Assembly (NCBI RefSeq): GCF_009914755.1
Contig: NC_060932.1
Source: the human T2T-CHM13v2.0 reference genome, Homo sapiens
Strand: one strand, 5' to 3'
Length of the DNA stretch: 64,000 nt
Shown here: piece by piece, positions 12,347 through 24,900 of the stretch
How positions within the stretch are numbered: position 1 is the first letter of the stretch
How the letters are laid out: each line of letters opens with the position of its first letter
Notes under the pieces: model-generated
Database searches by the model: none
What the model saw: the letters and a program-made list of their open reading frames with translations, nothing else
What the model was told of the DNA's origin: nothing
Translations under genes and position numbers: made by a program

Positions 12347-15051
12347 TAGCTTTGTAATATAGTTTGAAGTTGTATAGCATGATGCCTCCAGGTTTGCTCT
12401 TTTTGCTTAGGATAGTCTTGGCTGTATGAGCTCTTTTGTAGTTTTATATAAATTTTAAAGTAGTTTCTTCTAATTCTATGAAGAATGTCAATTGTATTTT
12501 AATGGAAATAGTATTGAATCTATAAATTACTTTGGGTGTTATGGCTATTTTCACAGTATTGATTCTTCCTATCCATGATTATGGAATGTTTTTCCATTTG
12601 TTTGTGTCCTCTCTTTTTTCCTTGAACATTGGTTTGTAGTTGTCCTTGAAGAGGTCCTTCACTTCCCTTGTTAGCTGTATTCCTAGATATTTTATTATCT
12701 TTATAGCAATTGTGAATAGGAGTTCATATTCATTATTTGGCTCTCTGCTTGTTATTGTTGGTGTATAGAATGCTTGTGACTTTTGCACATTGATTTTGTG
12801 TCCTGAGACTTTGCTGAAGTTGCCTATCAGCTTAAGAAGCTTTTGAGCTGAGACAGTGGAGTTTTCCAGATATAGGGTCATGTCATCTACAGACAAAGAC
12901 AATTTGACTTCCTTTCTTCCTATTTGAATATCACTTATTTCTTTCTCTTTGCCTGATTGCTCTGGCCATAACTTTGAATACTATGTTGAATAGGAGTGTT
13001 GAGAGATGGCTTCCTTGTCTTGTGTTGGTTTTCAAGGGGAATGATTCCAGCTTTTGCCTATTCAGTATGATATTGGCTGTAGGTTTGTTATAAATGGCTC
13101 TTATTATTTTGAGGTATGTTCCTTCAAAACCTAGTTTATTGAGAGTTTTTAACATGAAGGGATGTTGAATTTTATTGAAGGCCTTTTCTGCTTCTATTGA
13201 AATAATCATGTGGTTTTTGTCATTGGTTCTGTTTATGTGATGAATTATGTTTATTGATTTGCATATGTTGAACAAGCCTTGCATACCAACAATTAAGCCA
13301 ACTTTATCATGGTGGATAAGCTTTTTGATGTACTGCTGGATTCAGTTTGCCAGTATTTTATTGAAAATTTTTGCATCAATGTTCATCAGGGTTATTGGCC
13401 TGAAGTTTTCTTTTTTTGCTGTTATCTCTTCCGGGTTTGGTATCAGGATGATGCTGCCCTCATGAAATGAGTTAGGGAGGAGTCCCTCTTTCAATTGTTT
13501 GGAATAGTTTCAGAAGAGAGTGTATCAGTTTCTCTTTGTACCTCTGATAGAATTCAGCTGTAGACCAGTCTATTCCTGGGCATTATTTGGTTGGTAGGCT
13601 ATTTATTACTGCCTCAATTTCAGAGCTTGTTATTGGTCTACTCAAGAATTCAACTTCTTACTGGTTCAGTCTTGGGAGGGTGTATGTATCCAGGAATTTA
13701 TGCATTTCTTCTAGATTTTCTAGTTTATTTGCATAGAGGTGTTAATAGTATCCTCTGATGGTTGTTTGTATTTCTGTGGGGTCAGTGGTGATATCCCTTT
13801 ATCATTTTTCATTGTGTCTATTTGATTTTCTCTCTTTTCTTCTTTATTAGTCTAGCTAGTGGTCTATTTTTAATTTTTTTTTTCAAAAAAACAGCTCCTG
13901 GATTCATTGACTATTTTTAAAGGTTTTTTGTGTCTTTATTGCCTTCAGTTCTGCTCTGAGCTTGGTTATTTCTTGTCTTCTGCTAGCTTTGTGGTTTGTT
14001 TACTCTTGGTTCTCTAGATCCTTTAGTTGTGGTGTTAGGATGTCAATTTGAGATTTTTCTAGCTTTTCAATGTGGGCATTTAGTGGTATACATTTCCCTC
14101 TTAACACTGCTTTAGCTGTGTCCCAGATATTCTGATATGTTGTCTGTTTGTTCTCACTCATTTCAAAGAACTTCTTGATTTCTGCCTTAATTTCATTATC
14201 TACCCAGGTGTCATTCAGGAGCAGGTTGTTCAATTTCGATGTAGTTGTGTGGTTTTGAGTGAGTTTCTTGAGTTCTGATTTGATTGTGCTGTGGTCTAAG
14301 AGACTGTTTGTTGTTATTTCAGTTCTTTTGCATTTGCTGAGGAGTGATTTACTTTCAATTATTTGATCATTTTTAGAGTAAGTGACATGTGGCACTGAGA
14401 AGAATGTATATTCTGTTGTTTTGGGGTGGAGAGTTCTATCGATATCTATCAAGTCCACTTGATCCAGAGCTGAGTTCAAGTTCTGATTATCTTTGTTAAT
14501 TTTCTGTCTTGATGATCTGCCTAATATTGACAGTGGGGTGTTAAAGTATCCCCACAATTATTGTGTGGGAGTCTAAGTCTCTTTGTATGTCTCAACTTGC
14601 TATATGAATCAGGGTGCTCCTGTATTGGGTGCATAAATATTTAGGATAGTTAACTTTTCTTGTTGTCCCCTTCACCATTTTGTAATGCCTGCCCTTATTT
14701 GTCTTTTTTGATCTTTGTTGGTTTAAAGTCTGTTTTGTCAGAAACTAGGATTTCAACCCCTGCTTTTTTCTGTTTTCCACTTGCTTGGTAAATTTTCCTC
14801 CATCCCTTTATTTTGGGTCTCTGTGCAGCTTTACATGTGAGATGGGTCTCTTTAATACAGCACACTGATGAATCTTGACTCTTTATCCAGCTTTCCATTC
14901 TTTTAGTTGGGGCATTTAGCCCATTTACATTTAAGGGTAATATTGTTATGTGTGAATTTGATCCTGTCATTATGATGCTAGCTGGTTATTTGCAGACTTT
15001 TTTGATGAAGTTGCTTCATAGTGTCATTAGTCTGTGTACTCCACTGTGTTT

Positions 15052-16058
15052 TTATAGTGGCTGGTAACAGGTTTTCACTTCCATATTTAGTGCTTCCTTC
15101 AGGAACTCTTGCAAGGCAGGCCTGGTGGTGACAAACTCCCTCAGCATTTGCTTATCTGAAAAGGATTTTATTTCTCCTTTACTTATGAAGCTTAGTTTGA
15201 CCAGATATGACATTGTAGGTTGGAAATTCTTTTCTTCAAGAATGTTGACTATTGCCCCAATCTCTTCTGGCTTTTTGGGTTTCTGCTGAGAGGTCTGCTG
15301 TTGGTCTGATGGGCTTTTCTTCATAAGTGACCTGGCCTTTTTCTCTGGCTACCTTTGACGTATTTTTCTTCATTTTGACATTGAAGAATCTAATGACTAT
15401 GTGTCTTGGGGTTGTTCTTCTCATGGAGTATCTTACTGGGGTTCTCTGGATTTCCTGAGTTTAAATGTTGCCCTTTCTTGCTAGGTTGGGGAAGTTCTCC
15501 TGGGTGATACCCTAAAGTATATTTTCCAACTTGATTCTGTTCTTCCTGTTTCTTTCAGGTACCCCAGTCAGCGGTAGGTTCAGTCTTTTAACATAATCCC
15601 ATAGTTCACAGAGGTTTTGTTCATTCCTTTTCATTCTTTTTTCTCTAATCTTGGCTGCCTGCTTTATTTCGGCAAGATAGTCTTCAAGCTCTGATATCCT
15701 TTTTTTCCACTTGGTCTATTCAGTTATTGATACTCGTGGTTGCATTGTGAAGTTCTCATGTTATGTTTTTTCAGCTCCATCAGGTCATTTCTGTCCTCTC
15801 TGAGCTGGTGATTTTGGTTAACAGCTCCTGTAATATTTTATCATGGTTCTTAGCTTCTTTGCAATGGATTAGGACATACTTCTTTAGCTCAGTGAAGTTT
15901 GTTATTACCCATCTTCTGAAGCCTACTTCTGTCAATTCATCCATCTCAGCCTCAGCTCAGTTCAGGGCCCTTACTGGAGATATGTTATGATCATTTGAAG
16001 GAGAAGAGGCACTCTGGCTTTTTGAGTTTTCAATGTTTTTGCATTGATTCTTTCTCAT
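15052..16058 (-). pseudogene. Disrupted L1 ORF1
   Basis: Fragments TTPRHIVIRF, PIRPTADLSAET, KGEIKSFSDKQMLREFVTTRPALQEFLKEAL; likely start ATGAGAAAGAAT at ~16058. Confidence 0.88.
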
Positions 16059-18129
16059 CTGCATGGGTTTATTTACCTTTGATCTTTGAGGCTGCTGACC
16101 TTTGGATGAGGTTTTTATGGGTTCTTTTTAATTGATATTGTTGTCCTGGCTTTCTGTTTGTTTTTCTTTTAGCAGTCAGGACCTTCTTACATAGGGCTGC
16201 AGCCATTTGCTGGGGGTCCACTTCAGACCCTATTCACCTGGGGTCCTCCCACACCTGGAGGAATCACCAGTGGAGGCTGCACAACAGCAAAGATGGCAGA
16301 GTGCTCCTTTTCCCCAAGAGGAGCACCAACCTGATGCTGGCCAGAGTGCTCCTGTATGAGGTGTATGGAGACCCCTGTTGGGAAGTCTCACCGACTCAGG
16401 AGGAACAGGATCAGGGACCCGCTTAAATAAACAGCCTGGCTTCCTCTTGGCGGAGAGGGTGTCCTGCACTCAGGAGAATCCGCCTCATCAGGGCTGCCCT
16501 GACTCTCCAGAGCTGGCAGGCAGAAAAGAGTAAGATTGTTGATTCACGATACCGCAGCCGCCCCTCCTCCTATGGGCTCCTTTCAGGGAGATCAGAGTTC
16601 TGTTCATAAACCCCTGGCTAGGGATGCTGAAAATCCCACAGGGAGGCCCCACGCAGGTAGGAGGAATGGGTCAAGGTTCTGCTTAAAGAAGCAGTCTGGC
16701 CAGGAACTGTCCACAGCTGCTGTGCTGCGCTGTGGGGAATTGCTCCCGTTCCAAACTGCCCAGTCTCGCTGGCACCTGCAGCAGGGAAAAACGGCTGACT
16801 GGAGCAGCAGTGGTGGTAGCCACCCCTTCCCCCACCGAACTCGGTCTTCTTAGGCTGTCTCCAACCTGCTACACTGGCTGACAGGGATTCCAAAGTGGGT
16901 TTCAGTTTGTAGGGTTCCAAGGGAGCAGGGCCGCTGAGCAAGGCCGCTTGGCTCCCTAGCTTCAGCCCCCTTCCCACAGGAGTGGACGGATCTCCTGCCT
17001 CCTTAGTTTTCCCAGAGCTAGAGTATGCAAAAACTCTTATGTCTCAGTGTCTGCCCAAGTGGTCGCCCACCTGAGCAGCCGCTGTGAGCCTGCACAGCTC
17101 TGTGTTTTGGACCCAAGGCCCTTGGTGGTGTGGGCTCACAAGGGCGTGGGTTGCAGAGATCCATGGGAAAAGCGTGCTTTTCAGAGCTGGGTAGCACAAT
17201 ACCTCACCAGCTTCCTCGGCTCAGAGAGGGAGCACCTTTTGCCGCACGCAGGCTCCGGGTGGGCCCTCGCTCCACCCTGCTTTTCCTCACTGTCTGTGGG
17301 TTGCGCCAACCATCTAGTCAGTCCCAATTAGAGAACCTGGGTACCTCAATTGAAGATGCAGAATTTACTTGCTCTTTTTGTTCTTGGTGGAAGCTGCAGA
17401 CTGGAGCTGTTTCTATTTGGCCATCTTGGCTCAAGGTTCAGTTTGAGTTTCTGTTGCAGACACTGCAAGAAACAGAACCGAATGAACAAGAGATATGAAA
17501 GTATGTATCATGGCAATAACTGTTTCTTTTATTTCTTATTTTGTTTTATTTTGCTTTCTAATAGAATTGGAGGAAATAGGAAGTATTTAAAAAGTGTTTA
17601 AATTTACCATCAATTATTCCTGTATAGTTCTCTATTTTTAAAAATATGCCCCCAAGTTTTGAAATTCTGATTCAATACGGACTTTGAAAGGATGTGAAAT
17701 TTGGGAGCACGTATTGCTGTTACTAAGACTGGGGGCTGTGAGAGGGCTTGGTGTTCCCCCAAGCAGTCAGGCTTGCAGAGAGAATTTGTGTCCTGCTACG
17801 GTCTTTTGTAAAGGAAGCTAGCCCCACCTGTTGTTCAAATTCATTTTGCTTGCGTGAAAGAGGAATGCTGTCCCTGGAAACCTCTGTCCAAGTGCCTGTT
17901 TTTTCTGTTGTGGGCAGCATTGCAAAAGTGATCTGTATCCTCTCAGAAAAAGGAAAAAAAAATCACATCTAAAAATGTTCAATGTCATTACATTGAACAC
18001 TGACCGGACAAGTAAGCTGGAACTGTATGGTTATATTCACAAATTCTGGGATGTTTGTTTTGGCTTTGTGTTATAATTGCAGCTACGAAACTAAAAGTGA
18101 ACAAATTGCTTTCTCATTTAATTTCTTTT

Positions 18130-18270
18130 TATCATGTCTAAGTCTCAGTATTTTTATTTGTAGAATTGTGTTAATAATAATCCACAGGCTTACTATGAGG
18201 AATAAATCAGATACTGTACATAAAACAAATAGGATATTTGTTGACATATAGTATTCATTCACCAGATGCT
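18130..18270 (+). mobile_element. MIR fragment
   Basis: tctaagtctcagtatttttatttgtagaattgtgttaataataa...tatgaggaataaatcagatactgtacataaaac. Confidence 0.55.
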
Positions 18271-18735
18271 TAATCTTTCCTTCCTCTTGTCTATGTTAGC
18301 CTGCGATTGTTATTCTAGTGTTGGTCTCAAATAACTTAAACTGTCATTAGAATTTTGCTTTAATTCATAGGGCCAATAGAGGAGGAGGCAATGGAAAAAT
18401 CACTAGGTATGTTTGCTTAGTCTCTCAGATGCTATAGCACACAACTCTCAGAGACTTGGAAAAATGGAAACACAGAGATGTTGTTTTGTGTTTTGTTTTT
18501 GAGCACAGTTCTTATAGTAAATGTGAATGTTTACTATTATTTCTAGGGTTTATGATAAAAGATGGAAAAGAGAGGCTATACTGATGAACGTTGTCAACAT
18601 GGGGGCTTGTCAGAAATTAAACAAACTTTTAAGAAAGTAATTGAATTTAACAAACATTATTGAGTACCTTATCTGGCCCAGGCATGGATCTTAACCTCAA
18701 CTCCTCATCAAGGGTAGAAAGTAGACTCAGTCAAT

Positions 18736-19054
18736 GCTAGGCATGGTGGTTCATGCCTGTTATTCCAGTGCTTTTGGAAGCCAAGGCAGGACGATCGCTT
18801 GAGACCAGGAGTTCGAGACCAGCCTGGGCCATAAACCAAGACCTTATCGCTACAAAATAGAAAAAAAAAAAATTAGCCGGAAATGGTGGTGTGTGAATGT
18901 AGTCCAAGCTACTTGGGGCTGAGGTGGGAGGATTGCTTGAACCGAAGAGTTTGAGCCTGCAGTGAGCCATTATCACACCACTGCACTCCAGCCTAGGTGA
19001 CAGAGCCAGATCCTGTCTCAAAACCAGAAAACAACAAAACAAACAGACAAAAAA
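18736..19054 (+). mobile_element. AluJ
   Basis: gatcgcttgagaccaggagttcgagaccagcctgggc and gaggattgcttgaaccgaagagtttgagcctgcagtgagccattat (J diagnostics); A/C-rich tail. Confidence 0.92.
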
Positions 19055-19574
19055 CAGACTCTTTCTAGTCATGACTTTATTCCAGTGCTTACCACCTGGT
19101 CCTTGCCCTCAGAGTTCACAATAAAGGGATTCTGGTCTGGGAAGAAAGCAACTTTAAAGAATTTCTATCATCATTCTCATAATACCAATAAACTCCAAAA
19201 AAGAGCCTAAAGATTTTCAAATGACCTTCCTTAGAAGTTCTAGATCCTAGTTGATTACCTGAGCAACCATTTGCCTATGTGTATTTCAATTTAAATTGTC
19301 ATAAACAGCTACTCAAGGAATTGATTAATCTGAATTCAAAAATAACTTTTATTTAGTGAAAGTCAAAGCACATTATTGTGTTTTAAAAAGTCAAATGTTG
19401 CCAACTCATGACTTAGTTAAGCCTGGAATATGAATGTGCAATTGAAGCAGACATTGGCTGTATGCACAATGCCTGCTGTTTTTCTTGCTGTTAGTCATTA
19501 TATGTTATGTCCTTTGTCAGGTTGGAAACAAAAGATTAATTTCATTTGGTAGGCTTTTAAAAATGTGTTTGGTT

Positions 19575-19783
19575 GTGTGTGTGTGTGTATATGTATATAT
19601 GCATATATACACATATATACACGTATGTATGTATATATATGTATGTATATATGTATATATGTATATACACACACACATATATAAATTTAGTTCTGAAATT
19701 TAGGCATATATATATATATATATATATGAAATTTAGGCGCATATATATATATATATATATGCGCCTAAATTTCAGCACTAAAT
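19575..19783. repeat. (TG)n/(TA)n compound microsatellite with embedded palindrome
   Basis: Direct reading; perfect palindrome at 19727-19774. Confidence 0.95.
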
Positions 19784-21154
19784 ATTAAAGTTTAGGCTTA
19801 AAGTACCAAGATATTTTTTTCAGAGATGGATTATTTTAGCACTAAAATTCTTCTGAGCCTTCAGTATTGCTGAGCTTTATTTAGGAAATACTCAGTGATA
19901 GAAGATGAATGCAAAAAAAATTGATTAAAAACCGGAGCCTTAAAAATTGAATCCCCTTCTTACTGTTGATGTTCTTATATTATTTTGGTATCTACATAAA
20001 TGATTATTTGAAAAAATTTCTGACATCTGATGATGTGTAACATGCCAAATTAATTTCCGAATGTTAAAAATCATTTTACTTATGGATAACTTCATTATGT
20101 AGAAGCTGACTATCTAATTTGTAATTATTTTTATAGAAAAATGGCAAGTAGAAGCTTATCATGGGTGAAGTTAACAACAAAAGGCTAAAATTTATTTGTC
20201 TCTCTTCAGTCTTTTTCTCTTCAGTCAAAGACAACTTACACACAACAAGATTTCTCCTTCTTAATTACTACATTTATTATGGTATTTACCCTGTTCAAAA
20301 AGCCTTAGTGAGGTTCCAGCTTTGAATAAGATAGAGTAAACATACTGTGCCCTGTCTGTCCTACTGAATACAACTATCAAACCTGGACAAAACACATGAA
20401 TTATATTTTCAAGGACTCTGAAAAGTGAATTGTAGCAGACGGACTGAGAAAGACCAGACCTGAAAATAAAACAAAACCAGGCATGAGTTTACCATGTTTA
20501 TCCTCTGGAGGAACCCAGCTTTGACTTGGGAAGCTCAGAAGTAGACATCAACACAGGCAGGAAGAGCTTCACCTGGCAGTGACGGTGACAGCAGCTGAGG
20601 GTCCCCAGGTTTCTAAAGCTCTCAGGACGAGAAAGTAGGTCCCAAGATAAGGAGCCTAAAGGGCTTTTTTCTTTCTGTGTATTCCTTCTTGGCCTCCAAC
20701 ATGGGTACAGTCACAAGAGCATGTAACAGAGAAGAAGGAATAGACCTACCATTTTCTGGATAAAGAATTGGAAAGAGGATCCACAGGTAACCAAAAAGTA
20801 CCAGGGAAATGGCAGAGAAGGAAAACCTCAGGAGACCAACCTCATAAGTGGTATTTATTAGTGCCTGGGCTCAAATCCAAATTGTACATGAATATGTCTG
20901 GTCCTAGATAGGGTACCGAAGACTTTGAAAGTGAATTTTGGTATATCATTGCCCAGATTCCAGACTGGCTATTGTGTGACACAACATACAGGATATATCT
21001 GAATAGTGCTCAGAAGAGTTTGAAAATGCAAATGATATTAAAATAAAGATGAAAAAGAGAAAGCTGGTCAGAACTTGTGGACATAACCCTTCTGGATCTG
21101 TTGCCTGATTAAAAAATAGTTGATATTCTCGAATGAATTAAAACAAGATTTAGA

Positions 21155-21449
21155 GACTGAGCATGGTAGCTCATTCTTGTAATCCAAGCACTTTGGGAGG
21201 GCAAGGCAAGAGAATTGCTTGCGGCCAGGAGTTTGAGACCAGCTTGGCCAACAGTGAGACCAGGTTGCTAGGAAAAAGAAAAAATAAAAAAATAAAAAGC
21301 TGGGCATAGTGGCATGTGCCTGTAGTCACAGCTACTTGGGAGGCTTAGGCAGGAGGATTACTTGAGCTGAGGATGTCGAGGCTGCAGTGAGCACATCACT
21401 GCACTCCAGCTTGGGTGATAGAGCAAGACCTAAAAATTAAAAAAAACAA
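21155..21449 (+). mobile_element. AluJ inserted in L1M
   Basis: gaggattacttgagctgaggatgtcgaggctgcagtgagc; TSD aaaacaagatttaga (21140-21154) / aaaacaagacttaga (21450-21464). Confidence 0.92.
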
Positions 21450-21948
21450 AAAACAAGACTTAGAGTCTCATAATATTCAGTAAGTCTAGCATATAATGAA
21501 AAATTGCTCAGCATATGAAGAACTAGGAAAATTTCAACTTGCATGGGAAATCCAACCTACATTAACACTGAGATGACAGATCTTGGAATTACCTGACTGA
21601 CTCTAAAGCAGCTGTTATTAAAATGTTCCAATGAGTAAGGGCAAATCTCTTTATATGAATTGAAAGGAAGAAGGTCTCAACAAAGAAATAAAAGAAATAC
21701 AGACATTTTATGGTAACTTTAGAACTAAAAAACACAATAACTCAATTAAAAAAAAACTCATTGGAAGGCTCCATGAAAGTGACAGAGGAAGAATTGGTGA
21801 ATTTGAAGATAGATTGATAGAAATTATTTCATATGAACAACACAGAGAAACATGATTTCAAAAAAAATGAACATAGCTTCAGGAAGCTGAAGGACAACAT
21901 AAAAAGGTCTGATATGTATGGCTTTGAAAATCCAGAAAGGTAGAAAGA

Positions 21949-21953
<5 letters not shown>

Positions 21954-21995
<42 letters not shown>
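21954..21995. repeat. (GT)~21 microsatellite
   Basis: Direct reading. Confidence 0.97.
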
Positions 21996-21998
<3 letters not shown>

Positions 21999-24900
21999 AA
22001 CATGTACACAAACGTATATAAACACCCTTATGTTTGAAGAAATAATGGCTGAAACATCCCAAATTAGCCAAATCACATAAACCTACAGATTCAAGGACCT
22101 CAGAAAACTCAAAATAAACACAAATAAATCCATGCCCAAAGACATCATAATGAAACTGCTGAAAACTAAAGACAAAGAGAAACCTTGAAAAAAGCCTGAA
22201 AAAAAATGATATGTTCCTTGTGGAGAAAAATCTATTTAAATAACTTCAAATTTCTTGTCAAATTTCACAGAAGCTAAAAAGAAATCAACCAACATTTTTT
22301 AAATGCTGGAGGAAAAGAACTGTCAAGTAAAAATATTATATCCAACAAAAACCTCCTCAGGAATTAAGGCAAAATAAAGACATTCTCAGATTAAAAACAA
22401 AATAAGACAAAACAAAACAAAACAAAAACCCAAAGATACCCTCTAAAAAGTTTGCTGAAGAAATTCTTCACACACAAGAAAATAAACTGAAGAGCAAGTT
22501 TCATGAAAGAACAGCAGAAATGGTAACTATATAAATAAATATAGTACATATCATCCTTTTCTTGAGTTATTTAAAACACTTGAGAGTCAAAAGCAAAAAT
22601 ATGACATTGGCTGATACAGTTTTTATCCAGTATGCATATTTAATTTAAATATCTACTATAATATAAAAGGACCTATATGATGGTAGTAGGATTCCTGCAT
22701 TCTACTTGAAAAAGTAAAGTATTGATTCTAAATATAACATGAAAATTAAGCATGTATATAGCAATCCCTGGAGCAACCACCAAAATTTTTTTTTGTATAC
22801 ACAAAGAGATACAGTAAAAAACCTGATATACTTCGGTGGAATGCTAAAAATAATCCAATAACACAAAATAAGACAGAAAAGCTAAAACAGAGGAATAAAA
22901 ATCAGAAACAACCAGCAGAAAACAAATAATGAAATGGTAGACTTAAATCCAAGCATATCTATACTTGCATTAAATGTAAATGGTCTAAAGGGCCAATTTA
23001 AAGGCTAATGATTACCAGAATAAATAAAGAAAAATGTATGATGCAGCAATATGCTATGTACAAAAAATCACTTTAAAATAATGACAAAGGTATGCCCAAA
23101 GTAAAAAGGTGGGAACTATAAACCATGCAAACATTAAATAAAACAATACTCAGGTTGCTATATCAATATTAGACAAAATAGACTTCAAAGCAAGGAAAAT
23201 GACTGGGAATAAAGATGACATTAAATAATAATAAAAAGAACAATTTACTAAGAAGACATAACAACCTTAACTATGTCTGTAGCAAACAGCATAGCATCAA
23301 AATACGTGAAGTAGAAACTAACAAAAATGAAAGGACAAACAGAAATATTCACAATTATACTTTGAAGATTCAACAGTACTTTCTAGAAAATTGACAGAAC
23401 TAGTAAACAGAAAATATGCCTTGATATAGAAAAGCTGAAGGAAAAAACCAACTGACTGAATATAGTTGATGTTTTTCTCACTCTACTCCAAAACAATAGA
23501 ATAGGCATTCTTTTCAAGTGCACGTGGAATAATATTACATTTATGAAGATAGACCTCATTCTAAATAATAAAACAAATTTATGGCAAGTTCATGGAATTG
23601 AAGTCACACAAAATATGTTTTTTGTCCATAGTGTAATTAAATTAGAAATAAATGACAGATGCCAGGGGAAAAAAATTCCGAACAGTTTGAAATTCAACAA
23701 TACACTTCTAAATACTCTACAGTCAAAGAAGAAGTGTCAAAAAAAAATAAATTATTTCAAACTGCATAGAAATGAAAGTACAGCATATCAAATTTGTGGA
23801 ATGTCTGCAAAGCAATGTTTGGAATAAAATTTATTATGTAAAATGCTCATGTTATGAGAAAATAAGTTCTCAAATCAATAATATAAGCAGCCACCTTAAG
23901 AACTTACATAAAGAAAAGCAAAAAAAAAAAAAAAAAAAAACACACACACACAAAGCAATCAGAAGTAAAAATAATAAAGAGCATACATCAATAAAACTGA
24001 AATCAGAAAAACAGTAGAACAAATTAATGAAACCAACAGGTGGTTCTTGAAAGAGATTAATCAAATTGATGAACCTCTTGCAAGACTGACAGGAACAAAG
24101 ATAAAACACACAATATCAGAAATGGAAGAATCACCACTACTGACACCATAGCATTAAAAGCATAAGAAGGTTATGTGTTTATTTATGTATAATAGCAATA
24201 AATAATTAGCAAGCACAACTTAATTAGTAATTTCACTTAAAATAGCTTTCAGAATGTGAAGCACTTAGACATAAACCTAACAAAACATGTACAAGATATG
24301 TATGCTAAAAACTACAAACCCTCATGAAAAAATCATAGATGACCTAAATGAATGGAGACATGTACCTTGTTCATGGATTAAAACACTAAACTTGTTAAGC
24401 ATGTTAATTCTACTGAGTTGATCTATAGATTTAATGCAACTCCAGTCAAAATCACAGTAGAATATTTTGTAGATATAGACAAGCTAGTGCTAAAATTCAT
24501 ATGAAAAGGCAAAGGAACTAGAACAGCCAAAGCACTTCTTGAAAGAAATGGAGAAATTATGTGCTCAATTTTAAGAATTATTAAAAAGCTTCAGTAATCA
24601 AGAGTCTGGTATCAGAGACGAGATCAGTGGGTCCCATAGATCAATGGGACATAAATAGACCTGCATAAATATGCCAACTCATCTTTAATAAAGATGCAAA
24701 AGCAACTTACTGCAGAAAGGGTAATGTTCTAACAAATAGTAATGGAACAATAGGAAACAATTGGTATACAGAAGAAAATGCAACCTAATCCTCACATATT
24801 ATGCAAAAAGAAGCTCAAAATGGATCGTAGATTTAAATGTAAAACACAAAATTATAAAATGTTTAGAAGAAAATCTTCATGACCTAGAGTTAGGGAGTGA

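Noticed and set aside
19485-19788. Y/I/C/V/H/T-rich ORFs (also 21824-22076 and 27190-27493)
   Set aside because: Translations of dinucleotide repeats that lack stop codons.
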